A stretch of DNA of 64,000 bases from an uncultured Acidimicrobiales bacterium (GCA_937922045.1 CAKZXA010000018.1:38279-102278); one strand, 5' to 3'; counted from the first letter of the stretch, positions 28,633-38,571 are shown. Program-made: numbers and translations. The notes: generated by a model not told the origin, from the letters alone.

Positions 28633-30378
28633 CTAGTCGGCTGGCGGCGGCAGAACCCGAATCCCGAGCTCTTCCAACTGAGACGGCTCAACCTCGGTTG
28701 GCGCATTGGTCATCGGGTCGAGGCCTGACTGCGGCTTCGGGAAGGCGATGACCTCTCGGATGTTGTCCTCACCGGCCAGAATGGCACCGAGCCGTTCCAG
28801 ACCATAGGCGAATCCGCCGTGCGGTGGCGCTCCATAGGCGAAGGGGTTGAGGAAGAAACCGAATCGCTTCTGCGCTTCGGCCTCATCGATCCCGAGAAGA
28901 CTGAAGACCCGCTGTTGCAGCTTCGGGTCGTGGATTCTGATGCTGCCGGATCCGAGTTCCCAGCCGTTGAGTACGAGGTCATAAGCCCAGGCCCGCACAT
29001 TCATCGGATCGGATTCGAGATGATCCAGATCCTCTGGATGGGGATGGCAGAAGGGGTGATGGCCGGGCTTGGGGGTACCGGTCGCTTCGTCAGCACCAAC
29101 GAAGAGTGGGAAGTCGACGACCCACAGGTACTTGTAGGGCCCTTCCGAAACCGGAGGTCGGCCGAGCCTGTTGCGCAGCTCGCCTAGCACCTCACACGTG
29201 GTGTGCCATTCGTCGGCGATCAACAGCAGAAGATCTCCAGCTGTCGCCCCGAACCGCTCGATCAGCGCTGCGGTCTCAACCTCGGACAAGAACTTCGCCA
29301 CCGGTGAATCGAACCCGAGGCCACCGTCGACATCGACGACCTTCAGCCAGACCATGCCTTTAGCCCCGAACGACTTGGCGGTATCGGTCAAGCCATCGAG
29401 CTTGTTTCGACCCCAGTCGCCGGCGGCCTGATCGGCCTTGATGCCTTTGATAGAACCGGCGGTCGAGAAGGCTTTGAACTCGGTAGTCGAGAAGACGTCG
29501 GTCAGCTCAGCGAGCTCCATGCCGAAGCGCAGGTCGGGCTTGTCGCTTCCGAATCGGTTCATGGCATCGAGCCACGTAATCCGTTCAATCGGGTCGGGAC
29601 GCACACCGGTTACGGCCTCAGCCGCATCGAGCACGGAGGCTTCGACCGCAGCGAGGACATCGTCGACCTCGACGAAGCTCATCTCCATATCGAGTTGCAT
29701 GAACTCGTACTGGCGGTCGGCCCTGAGGTCTTCATCTCGCAGGCATCGAGCGATCTGGAAATAGCGGTCGACGCCTCCAACCATCAGCAGCTGCTTGTAC
29801 AGCTGGGGCGACTGGGGCAGCGCATAGAACGACCCTGGACGTTGACGCGAGGGCACGATGAACTCGCGGGCTCCCTCAGGTGTGGTCGGCATCAACAGAG
29901 GGGTGTCGACCTCGACAAAACCTTGGGAGACCATGGAGTTACGAATGGAAGCGTTGATCGTGGAGCGGACCCGCAGATTGCGCTGCATGCGAGAGCGGCG
30001 CAGGTCGAGGTAGCGATAGCGAAGCCGTACCATCTCGTCGACGTCGTCGGCTCGGTCGTCGAGAGGAAACGGGGGCGGTTCGGCGATGGAGAGGATCTCG
30101 ACCGTAGCGTCGGTGATCTCGATCTGGCCGGTGGCCAAGGAGTCGTTGATCGTTCCTTCAGGGCGCTGGGTGACCTGGCCGGTAATTTTGACCACGTACT
30201 CGCTGCGCACATCGACCTGGTTATCGACAACGCACTGCAAGATGCCCGAATGATCGCGAAGGTCGACAAAGGCGAGGTGCTCGCCGTGTTCGCGGCGGCG
30301 GTTGACCCAACCGGCGACGGTGACCTTCTCACCGATATCGGACTGGCTCAGCTCTCCGCAGAGGTGTGTACGCATCAT
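28633..30378 (-). CDS. aspS: aspartate--tRNA ligase
   Basis: 581 aa with an N-terminal OB fold, the class IIb core (FQIARCLRDEDLRADRQ) and the bacterial GAD insertion. Confidence 0.97.
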   Translation of the reverse strand: MMRTHLCGELSQSDIGEKVTVAGWVNRRREHGEHLAFVDLRDHSGILQCVVDNQVDVRSEYVVKITGQVTQRPEGTINDSLATGQIEITDATVEILSIAEPPPFPLDDRADDVDEMVRLRYRYLDLRRSRMQRNLRVRSTINASIRNSMVSQGFVEVDTPLLMPTTPEGAREFIVPSRQRPGSFYALPQSPQLYKQLLMVGGVDRYFQIARCLRDEDLRADRQYEFMQLDMEMSFVEVDDVLAAVEASVLDAAEAVTGVRPDPIERITWLDAMNRFGSDKPDLRFGMELAELTDVFSTTEFKAFSTAGSIKGIKADQAAGDWGRNKLDGLTDTAKSFGAKGMVWLKVVDVDGGLGFDSPVAKFLSEVETAALIERFGATAGDLLLLIADEWHTTCEVLGELRNRLGRPPVSEGPYKYLWVVDFPLFVGADEATGTPKPGHHPFCHPHPEDLDHLESDPMNVRAWAYDLVLNGWELGSGSIRIHDPKLQQRVFSLLGIDEAEAQKRFGFFLNPFAYGAPPHGGFAYGLERLGAILAGEDNIREVIAFPKPQSGLDPMTNAPTEVEPSQLEELGIRVLPPPAD

Positions 30379-31697
30379 GGCAACAACGACCTAACCTTCT
30401 CAACGACATCTTGCACGGCAACCACGATCTGCTGGGCAGGGGCGGCCGCTGGGTTCTCTCCAGTGACTTCGTCGGCTCCGGTGGAACCGACCGACTCGGC
30501 GGACCAGCGTAGCGTCCGAATCGACACGGTCCCGGCGCTGACCTCATCGGGGCCGAGGATCAGGGCGATCGGGGCCTGCGAGCGATTCGCCGCCTTCATC
30601 TGGGCCTTCATCGATCTGCCGCCATAGCTTCGCTCGACTCGCAGTCCAGACTGTCGTAGGCGGTCGGTAAGTTCAAGGGCTTCGGTGCCGTCGGTGGTCG
30701 ACACGATCCAGACGTCTGGGCCCGATCCGGCTGCTTCCAAAACTCCGGTTGCATCACAGGCGAGGAGAATTCGATCTACCCCGAGGGCGAAGCCGACGCC
30801 GGGTTCGGGCGGACCGCCAAGCGCTTCAACCAGGCCGTCGTACCGGCCACCGCCACCGACGGCTGTCTGGGCAGCGTCGAGGCTAGGCGAGGTGAACTCG
30901 AAAGCAGTGCGGGTGTAGTAGTCAAGTCCTCGCACCAGTCGGGGCTGGATCGTAAAGCCGACACCGAGGGCCGTAAGGCCGGTCTGAACGCGTTCGAAGG
31001 CCTGGCCCGCTGAGTCGCTCACATAGTCGAGCAGGATCGGAGCCGAAGCGACAACCTCGCCGTCTTGAGGGCGCTTTGAATCCAGAACCCGCAACGGGTT
31101 GACCTTCATCGTCATCCGGGCCTGCTCCGAAAGGGCATCCAGGTTTTGGGTGAGGTAGGCGGTCAGGGCCTCAAGATAGCGAGGTCGGTCGGCAGCGTCT
31201 CCCAAGGAGTTGAGATCAAGACGTACATCGGTGAGGCCCAACCGCTGATAGAAGCCGGCGGCTAAGGCGATTACCTCGGTATCGAGATCAGGATCCTCGC
31301 TCCCGATAACCTCCACGCCAACCTGGTCGAACTGCCGGTAGCGCCCCTTCTGGGGCTTGTCATAACGAAAACTCGGGCCCACATACCATGTTTTCCATGG
31401 AAGCAACGGGCGGTGTTGGGCATAGGCCCGACAGACCGAGGCGGTGAACTCCGGACGAAGTGATATCTCACGCTCGCCCTTGTCGAGGAAGCTGTACAGC
31501 TCCTTGGAAACGACATCAGATGCCTCACCCAACCGCACAAAGACACCGACATCTTCAAACATCGGGGGCACGATCTGACCGAAGCCGGCCTTGCGGGCCT
31601 CTTCCGCAAACACCGCTACGAGATGGCGAATACGACCCGTGTCGGGTTCCATCAGGTCTCGGGTGCCGGGCAGCGTTTGAAAATCCGTGCGGGCCAT
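30375..31697 (-). CDS. hisS: histidine--tRNA ligase
   Basis: 440 aa with motifs LPGTRD, LRPEFTASV and RYRQFDQVGVEV. It has a 4-nt overlap with aspS and a low-complexity C-terminal tail of about 40 aa. Confidence 0.95.
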   Translation of the reverse strand: MARTDFQTLPGTRDLMEPDTGRIRHLVAVFAEEARKAGFGQIVPPMFEDVGVFVRLGEASDVVSKELYSFLDKGEREISLRPEFTASVCRAYAQHRPLLPWKTWYVGPSFRYDKPQKGRYRQFDQVGVEVIGSEDPDLDTEVIALAAGFYQRLGLTDVRLDLNSLGDAADRPRYLEALTAYLTQNLDALSEQARMTMKVNPLRVLDSKRPQDGEVVASAPILLDYVSDSAGQAFERVQTGLTALGVGFTIQPRLVRGLDYYTRTAFEFTSPSLDAAQTAVGGGGRYDGLVEALGGPPEPGVGFALGVDRILLACDATGVLEAAGSGPDVWIVSTTDGTEALELTDRLRQSGLRVERSYGGRSMKAQMKAANRSQAPIALILGPDEVSAGTVSIRTLRWSAESVGSTGADEVTGENPAAAPAQQIVVAVQDVVEKVRSLLP

Positions 31698-31772
31698 AGA
31701 GGCACGATCGTACCGTGTGAGGGCTCTATCCCGGCGTTGAATTAGGCGGTGGGCAGGTGGCGGAGATCCCTG

Positions 31773-34031
31773 TTAGCGGCTGATTTCCTCGCGACGTCGA
31801 CCAGGGATGGCTCGGTAGACGTCATAGACCCCGTCCACGCTCCGCAAGGCTCTCATCAACGACTGCAGATGCGATGCCTCAGCGATCTCAAAATCGAAGG
31901 TGAGGCGGGCGATCCGGTCGTCGCTCGTGGTGGTCGACGAACTGATGATGTTGACATGTTGCTCGGCGATGGCGCGAGACACATCGGCGAGCAGATGATT
32001 GCGGTCGTAGGCCTTCATCTCCAGCGAAGCGATGAAATGGTCGGGCTCGCTGGCCGAGTCCCACTCCGCCTCGATCAGTCGGTCGTTTTGAGAGCCAGCC
32101 AATGATTCGGCGTTGGCACAGTCGGTGCGGTGGACAGACACGCCCCGGCCTCGGGTCACGAAGCCCATGATCTCGTCGCCGGGTACCGGTGTACAACAGC
32201 GCGACAACCTCACGTAGACGTCATCGAGACCTTCGATACGAACACCGACACCACCAGGTGGCTCGCGGCGCTTGGCTAGCGCTCCGTTCGACGATGGAGG
32301 GGGCGCAGGTTCTACCGTGGACGGGCCAAGCTTGTCGCCGAGCTTCATCAGCCGGGCGACGGCGGTAGCTGCGTTTACGTGACGTTCACCTATGGCGGCG
32401 TAGAGCGAATCAGCGTCGCTGTAGTTGAGATCGCTCGCCACCTCAACGATCAGGTCACCCGAACGGTGACCAAAGTCGTTGAGCTGGAAGCCCTCACGCT
32501 TCAGTGCTTTCTTGAGCTCAAGTTCACCCGCCTGGATCGCATCCTCTCGTCGCTCCCGAGAGAACCACTGCTTGATCTTCGTCGAGGCACGATGAGACGA
32601 GACAAAGTTAAGCCAGTCTCTCGACGGGCCGGCGCCGACCACTTTGGAGGTGAAGATCTCCACCGTCTCTCCGGAATGAAGAGGTTCAGAGAGTGAAACC
32701 AGGCGACCATCGACCTTGGCCCCTACGCAGCGGTGACCGACATCGGTATGAATGGCATAGGCGAAGTCGATTGGGGTCGAGTTGGCGGGAAGCGTTGTCA
32801 CCTGTCCCTGAGGTGTGAACACGAACACCTCCTCCTGGTCGAGATCGACCTTGAGGTTGTTCATGAACTCGTTGGGATCGGACGTCTCCTTCTCCCAATC
32901 GATGATGCGGGTTAGCCACGGGAGGTCAAGCTGGGCGCCGTTGTCCTTGTAGGCGTAGTGAGCAGCCACACCCGACTCGGCCCGTTCGTGCATATCCCAG
33001 GTACGGATCTGAACCTCGATGGCCTTGCCTTGGGGCCCGACAACCGTGGTATGCAACGACTGGTAGAGGTTGAACTTCGGCATGGCGATGTAATCTTTGA
33101 AGCGACCCTGAACCGGTTTCCAGGTGGCATGAATGCCTCCCAGAGCGGCGTAGCAATCTCGAACCGATCCCACGATGACCCGAATACCGATGAGGTCGTT
33201 GATCTCGTCGAAGGCACGGTTCTTCTGCTGCATCTTCTCGTAGATCGAGTAGAGATGCTTTTCGCGTCCGATGACATCGGCCTCGACCCCTAGTTCGTCG
33301 ACGCGGGTCCGCACGTCTTCCAAGACCTGGGTGATGTAGACCTCACGCTCGGGCGCCCGCTGGGCGACCATGTGCTCGATCTGAGCGAAGCGTTTGGGAT
33401 GGATTGCAGCGAAGCTGAGGTCCTCGATCTGCATCTTGATGTCTTGCATCCCGAGGCGATGGGCCAGCGGTGCGTAGACCTCAAGACTTTCGAGAGCGAT
33501 ACGCTCCTGCTTCCACGGAGGCAGCGCGGCGAGCGTTCGCAGATTGTGGAGGCGATCAGCAAGCTTGATGAGCAGAACCCGAAGATCCTTTGACATCGCC
33601 ACCAGCATCTTGCGGAAGGTCGCTGCCTGCTGAGCCTCCTTGGAGTCGAACCGGATCCGTTCCAGCTTGGTGACACCGTCGACGATGGCCGCTACCTCGG
33701 GCCCGAAGGCTCGGTCGATGTCGTCTAGCTCGATCTTTGTGTCTTCGACCGCGTCGTGAAGAAGTGCCGCGGCGATCGAAACCTCGTCGAGACCAAGCCT
33801 GGCCACGATCTTGGCCACGGCGAGCGGATGAACGATGTAGGGTTCCCCCGACTTGCGACGCTGGGCGGCGTGAGCTCGCGCCGCCATCTGGTAGGCCCGC
33901 GACACCACGTCAACCTGTTGTTCGCGCTCAGGCCCGTTGAAACGAATCAGGAGCGGCTCGATCTGAGCTTGTATCGATTGGCGCTTTCGGCGCCATGGCA
34001 AAACTCGCTCAACGGTGACCAGGTCAGGCAC
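31773..34031 (-). CDS. rel: bifunctional (p)ppGpp synthetase/hydrolase Rel
   Basis: HD hydrolase motifs (HPLAVAKI, HDAVEDT), the synthetase motif (PKFNLYQSLHT), and TGS and ACT regions. The track start is TTG 34085. I prefer GTG 34031, preceded by GAGGA at 8-nt spacing. Confidence 0.93.
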   Translation of the reverse strand: MPDLVTVERVLPWRRKRQSIQAQIEPLLIRFNGPEREQQVDVVSRAYQMAARAHAAQRRKSGEPYIVHPLAVAKIVARLGLDEVSIAAALLHDAVEDTKIELDDIDRAFGPEVAAIVDGVTKLERIRFDSKEAQQAATFRKMLVAMSKDLRVLLIKLADRLHNLRTLAALPPWKQERIALESLEVYAPLAHRLGMQDIKMQIEDLSFAAIHPKRFAQIEHMVAQRAPEREVYITQVLEDVRTRVDELGVEADVIGREKHLYSIYEKMQQKNRAFDEINDLIGIRVIVGSVRDCYAALGGIHATWKPVQGRFKDYIAMPKFNLYQSLHTTVVGPQGKAIEVQIRTWDMHERAESGVAAHYAYKDNGAQLDLPWLTRIIDWEKETSDPNEFMNNLKVDLDQEEVFVFTPQGQVTTLPANSTPIDFAYAIHTDVGHRCVGAKVDGRLVSLSEPLHSGETVEIFTSKVVGAGPSRDWLNFVSSHRASTKIKQWFSRERREDAIQAGELELKKALKREGFQLNDFGHRSGDLIVEVASDLNYSDADSLYAAIGERHVNAATAVARLMKLGDKLGPSTVEPAPPPSSNGALAKRREPPGGVGVRIEGLDDVYVRLSRCCTPVPGDEIMGFVTRGRGVSVHRTDCANAESLAGSQNDRLIEAEWDSASEPDHFIASLEMKAYDRNHLLADVSRAIAEQHVNIISSSTTTSDDRIARLTFDFEIAEASHLQSLMRALRSVDGVYDVYRAIPGRRREEISR

Positions 34032-34165
34032 GGGATGGATCCTCGGCTCTAGATGATGAAGAGAAATACACCATCGCCCAACCAAATATACAGACTGAAT
34101 CGGCCCAGGCCCGAACCATCACAACAATCCGTTGTCTCACCAGGCTGGCGCGAACCCTGTTTCGG

Positions 34166-35236
34166 CTACGACTTGCGGCCTTTCTTGCGGGGTCGGGGCG
34201 CCCCACCACCCGGGGTGATGAGCCTTACGTCGTTGTCGTCGACCGAGGTGGCCAGGGTTGAACCCATCGGGGCCACCTCGTCATTGTCAGCCGCTCGACG
34301 CGATCGTTCCGCCGCCTTGCGCCCTTCCGGTGTCCGTTCCCGCAGCCATACCAGCAAGGGGGCGGCGAGAAAGATCGAGGAGTAGGTGCCCAGTAGCAGG
34401 CCGACGAAGAGGGCCAGAGCGAAGCCGCGCAGTCCGGTTCCGCCGAGCAGGAAGCCACCGATGAGCAGCATCGAAACGACGGGCAAGATGGTGGTGATGG
34501 TGGTGTTGATCGAGCGCATCAAGACCTGGTTCATAGACTTGTTGACCAGGTCGGACGGGCTCATCATGTCGCCCAGCGGACCGCGCTCGTTCTCAAGGAC
34601 CTTGTCGTACACGACCACGGTGTCATACAGCGAGTAGCCGAGGATCGTGAGCAAGGCAATGACGGTTGCAGGCGAAACTTCGAAACCGAACAGGGAGTAG
34701 ACACCGGCCGTGATCAGCAGATCGTGCACCACCGCGACCAGGGCGCCGATCGCCATGCGCCATTCGAGTCGCCAGGCCAGGTAGGCGGCGACCACGATGA
34801 AGAAGAGGACGAGAGCACGAATAGCTTTGGACGTGATCTGGTCACCCCAGGTAGGTCCGATGTTGGATACGGCCACCTCGTCGGTGGTGACGCCAGCCAA
34901 CTCGGCAACCTGAGCCGTGACATCAGAGCTGTTCTCGACCGCCTCGGTGCCGGTCTGCACGTGGAGATAGGTATCAACGGTGGATTCCACCAGCTGGATA
35001 CGCGCTCCCGGCACTTCGCTCAAGGCATCCCTAGCATCGGCCACCGTGACATCCTCAGAGACCGGAACCTCCCAGACCCCACCGCCCTGAAAGTCGATGC
35101 TGGGGTTGAGTCCTCGGAGCAGAAGGAAGGCCAACGCGGCGAGAACAAGCCCCGTCGAGACCACAAGGCTGATCCGCCACTTCGGGCGGAAATCGATGGC
35201 CGCTCGGCCACCAAACACATCTGCAATCGTGCTCAT
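34166..35236 (-). CDS. secF: protein translocase subunit SecF
   Basis: It starts MSTIADVFGGRAAIDFRPKWR at ATG 35236, forming an ATGA overlap with the secD stop. It has six TM segments and a basic C-terminal tail. Confidence 0.93.
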   Translation of the reverse strand: MSTIADVFGGRAAIDFRPKWRISLVVSTGLVLAALAFLLLRGLNPSIDFQGGGVWEVPVSEDVTVADARDALSEVPGARIQLVESTVDTYLHVQTGTEAVENSSDVTAQVAELAGVTTDEVAVSNIGPTWGDQITSKAIRALVLFFIVVAAYLAWRLEWRMAIGALVAVVHDLLITAGVYSLFGFEVSPATVIALLTILGYSLYDTVVVYDKVLENERGPLGDMMSPSDLVNKSMNQVLMRSINTTITTILPVVSMLLIGGFLLGGTGLRGFALALFVGLLLGTYSSIFLAAPLLVWLRERTPEGRKAAERSRRAADNDEVAPMGSTLATSVDDNDVRLITPGGGAPRPRKKGRKS

Positions 35237-36969
35237 TGGGCACCTCCGGTGGAACGCATTCCGAGCAGTCTTGGATTGGCTTTGACCGCCTTGCGTTGGG
35301 CTAGCCAACTAAGGGCAGGACGCATAAACATCCAGGAAATGATGAGGTCGAGGATGGTGGCGAGGCCCAGGTAGAAGGCAAAGCCGCGAACCGCGCCGAC
35401 GGTGAGCAAATAGAGCAGCACTGCTGCGATCAGCGAAACAACATCGGCCTTGACGATCGTTGAGATGGCCGACTGGTAGGCCCGCTCGATGGCAGTGCCC
35501 ATCTTGCGTCCGGAAGCGTACGATTCTTTCACGTTCTCGAAGTACACGATGTTCGAGTCGGCCGAAACACCGATGGCGACGACGAGCCCAACGACTCCAG
35601 CCAGGCTGAGCGCGAGCCCGTGATACTCGCCAAACCAGGCGACGATCGTCCACAACAGAGCTCCCGAAAGGAGCAGGCCTCCGATGGCCACCAATCCGGC
35701 CAGCCGGTAGTAGGCCAGCAGGTAGACGGCGACGAGAGCCAGCCCGATGAGACCAGCAATCGTGCCAGAGCGAAGCACATCTCGACCGATGGTGGCCGAA
35801 ACGGTTCGTGTCTCCTGGGCCTTAAGCTCCAACGGTAGCGAACCGAATCGCAACGACTCGGCCAGCAATCGAGCCTCGTCCTCTTCAAACGAGCCACTGA
35901 TCCGGATCTGATCGCGGGAGAATACTGCACCGTTGATCGACGGAGCGGAGATCACATTGTGATCGAGAACGATGGCCAACCGCCGCGTCGGGCATGTGTC
36001 GGGATCGGCATTGAAACAGATCTGAGCGGCCTGGTTGAATTGGTCGATGCCCTCTCCGCCGGCTCTGAAGACCGGGCTTACCTCCCAGCCATCGATGCCG
36101 AGGCCGACCGAAGCGGTTTCCACGCTTTCACCAGTGAGCAGGGTCGGGCCTAGGCAGAGACGTTCACCATCACGGCTGGCCAGCACCACGTAGGATTCGG
36201 CGACATCATCGTCGTCGGGGGTCAAGCCGGCGATGCCACAAGCTTCCAAGGCGGCGAGCTGAGCAGGGCTCAGGGTGTCGGTGGGGACGACAGCGTCGGG
36301 ATCGATCTCGCCATCGGTGCCTTCGGCGTCATCAGCGACCGTGTCGTCAGTGGTGTCCTCGGCGGTGTCGTCAGCGGTATCGTCAGCGACGGTCGAGGTG
36401 GTCGCATCATCGCTGGTGTCGGTCGTCGTCGTGTCATCGGGTTCGGTTGTTGTCGTCGTGTCATCCTGGGCGGGAAGCCCTGGTGCAAAGCGGCCAGCGG
36501 GCACGCTCATCGAATCTTCAGCGTCTCCGTCGCTGGCGTCGACACCTTCGTCGTCGCCGGCATCCGTTTCGGTCTCAATGTTGAGCGAGTCGAGGTCGAG
36601 GGCGGGACCCAAGGCCACAATGACGGGGCGAAAGCGGAGCTCAGCGGTCTGCTGCAGACGAGCGAGAGCTTCCTCCTGATCTTCGACCACGCCGGGCAGC
36701 GCAACGACGATATTGTCGCCCTGGCGCGAGATCTCTGGTTCGGCCACACCGATCTCATCGATGCGATTCCGGAGCAACTCAACCGTGAGGTCGAGCGTTT
36801 CGTCGGTCACGTCGCCCGCACCCGTTTGGGTCGGCTCGAGAACAACGGAAACACCGCCCTGTAAGTCGAGTCCGAGCAGAGGCTCGTTACGAGCCGCCAC
36901 GGTGTAGATCATGCCCGCAAGGGCAGTCAGCACCACAATGGCGGCGGAAATTTTCTGGTTCCTTGGCAT
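35233..36969 (-). CDS. secD: protein translocase subunit SecD (with a roughly 100-aa Asp/Thr-rich periplasmic insertion)
   Basis: 578 aa with motifs LGLDLQGGVSVVLEP and LRFRPV and the C-terminal RND-like TM bundle. The insertion spans aa about 131-230 (36280..36579). Confidence 0.93.
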   Translation of the reverse strand: MPRNQKISAAIVVLTALAGMIYTVAARNEPLLGLDLQGGVSVVLEPTQTGAGDVTDETLDLTVELLRNRIDEIGVAEPEISRQGDNIVVALPGVVEDQEEALARLQQTAELRFRPVIVALGPALDLDSLNIETETDAGDDEGVDASDGDAEDSMSVPAGRFAPGLPAQDDTTTTTEPDDTTTTDTSDDATTSTVADDTADDTAEDTTDDTVADDAEGTDGEIDPDAVVPTDTLSPAQLAALEACGIAGLTPDDDDVAESYVVLASRDGERLCLGPTLLTGESVETASVGLGIDGWEVSPVFRAGGEGIDQFNQAAQICFNADPDTCPTRRLAIVLDHNVISAPSINGAVFSRDQIRISGSFEEDEARLLAESLRFGSLPLELKAQETRTVSATIGRDVLRSGTIAGLIGLALVAVYLLAYYRLAGLVAIGGLLLSGALLWTIVAWFGEYHGLALSLAGVVGLVVAIGVSADSNIVYFENVKESYASGRKMGTAIERAYQSAISTIVKADVVSLIAAVLLYLLTVGAVRGFAFYLGLATILDLIISWMFMRPALSWLAQRKAVKANPRLLGMRSTGGAQ

Positions 36970-36981
36970 TCCCTGCGGTCC

Positions 36982-37293
36982 TTAGTCCTCGGTGGTGTCG
37001 GATGCAGACGGGGCGGTCACGGTCGAGGCGATCGCGCTCTTTGAGACCCGTAGCTCCACGTCCTGTGCAACCTCAAGCCAAATAACATCCGCCTCGACCT
37101 CTTTGACGAACCCGTAGATTCCCGAGTTGGTCACAACCTCGTCGCCCTCCGCGATCGCAGCAAGCAATTGCTTGTGCGCCTTGGTCCTCCGTTGTTGCGG
37201 AAGAATCAAGAGGGCGTACATAAGCACACCCAACAATAGAAACGGGAGTATTCCTGCCAGTGTCTCGGCCACGATACCACTACCTCCAGCCAC
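36982..37293 (-). CDS. yajC: preprotein translocase subunit YajC
   Basis: 103 aa with a single TM and the motif VVTNSGIYGFVKEV. It lies immediately upstream of secD. Confidence 0.85.
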   Translation of the reverse strand: MAGGSGIVAETLAGILPFLLLGVLMYALLILPQQRRTKAHKQLLAAIAEGDEVVTNSGIYGFVKEVEADVIWLEVAQDVELRVSKSAIASTVTAPSASDTTED

Positions 37294-37380
37294 GGAACGT
37301 TAGCGCTTCCAAGGCTCAATCCGACGTCAGGGCAGAGGGTTTCATACCTCTGGAAGACACCTACGGCCACTGAGTCGTGC

Positions 37381-38523
37381 TCAACCCGAGCGGTCGATGA
37401 CCTCGGGCGGTACCTTCTCCGGAGCCCACGTCTCCCAGATCGACCCTCTCAACGCATCGAAGGTACCCGTCTCGATGGCCTCACGCATACGTGCCGTCAG
37501 GTCAGCGAGCCAGGCTAAGTTGTGCAGCGTGATGATACGGCCGGCCGTCGACTCGTTGGTGACAAGAAGATGCCGCAGGTAACTACGGGAGTATCTGGCC
37601 GACAGGGGATGCTGAAAATGGGGATCAATGGGTTGATCATCGCGTGCGAACTTCAGGTTCTTCAGGTTGAGTCGACCTTCGCTGGACAGAGCCGTTCCAT
37701 GGCGAGCCAGGCGGGTCGGCAAAACACAGTCGAACATGTCGATGCCGTTGTGGACAGCCTCGACCAGCCCAATCGGGTCGCCGATACCCATGAAATAGCG
37801 AGGTCGGTCGCTCGGGAGGTGATCGGTCGCTGCCGCCAGGGCAGGCACCATCGACTCGCGGCTCTCCCCCACCGACAACCCGCCGACCGCATACCCATCG
37901 AACCCGATCTCAACCGTGCGCTGTGCCGACTCAATCCGTAGGTCGGTCTCAACGCCACCTTGCACAATACCGAACAAGGCCTGGTCAGTCCTGACATGGG
38001 CTTGCTTTGAACGCTCCGCCCACCGCAGGGTTAGATCGAGGTCGTGGCGCAGAGATTCCCGTGTGGCGGGTAGCGCCGAACAGACGTCGAGCACCATGGC
38101 GATGTCGGCCCCCAGCGCCTCCTGAACCGCCATCGATCGCTCAGGAGACAACACCTGGTAGGAGCCGTCATAGACCGACCTGAACGTAGCCGCCTCCTCG
38201 CTCAGCTTGGGCTGAAGAGAGAAGATCTGGAATCCTCCAGAATCGGTCAGAATGTGACCCGACCAGTCCATAAAGGCGTGAAGACCGCCCATCTCAGCGA
38301 TCAGGTCGGCGCCAGGCCGTTCCATCAGGTGATAGGTGTTGGCTAGGACGATCGGTGGCCCAAGCCGTTCGAGGTCATCGGTGTCGAGCGTCTTGACCGC
38401 AGCCCGAGTTCCGACGGGCATGAAGACCGGCGTGGCTACCTCGCCCCGCGGCGTGATCATCGTGCCCGAGCGCGCCCGACCGTCCTGATGTTCGATGCGG
38501 AGCTGGACGGGTTGGTTCAACAT
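37381..38523 (-). CDS. tgt: tRNA-guanine transglycosylase (queuine/preQ1 tRNA-ribosyltransferase)
   Basis: 380 aa. Catalytic and substrate motifs are present (LTDSGGFQIFSL, LDVC, GGLSVGE, FMGIG, IDMFDCVLPTRLARHG). At the zinc site, the expected CxCxxC reads HFQHPLS (37600..37620). Confidence 0.93.
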   Translation of the reverse strand: MLNQPVQLRIEHQDGRARSGTMITPRGEVATPVFMPVGTRAAVKTLDTDDLERLGPPIVLANTYHLMERPGADLIAEMGGLHAFMDWSGHILTDSGGFQIFSLQPKLSEEAATFRSVYDGSYQVLSPERSMAVQEALGADIAMVLDVCSALPATRESLRHDLDLTLRWAERSKQAHVRTDQALFGIVQGGVETDLRIESAQRTVEIGFDGYAVGGLSVGESRESMVPALAAATDHLPSDRPRYFMGIGDPIGLVEAVHNGIDMFDCVLPTRLARHGTALSSEGRLNLKNLKFARDDQPIDPHFQHPLSARYSRSYLRHLLVTNESTAGRIITLHNLAWLADLTARMREAIETGTFDALRGSIWETWAPEKVPPEVIDRSG

Positions 38524-38571
38524 TCGGGCGTTTGCTCTCTCGATCTCAGCGGCGGACCGGGCACCTTGGTC

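Noticed and set aside
36280-36579. Possible CRISPR-like or tandem-repeat array suggested by repetitive GAC/ACC-rich sequence (also 27880..28260 and 60496..60769)
   Set aside because: The repeats are short, degenerate and in frame within long ORFs (SecD, the acidic orphan and M23). They encode Asp/Thr low complexity, with no repeat-spacer periodicity and no cas genes.
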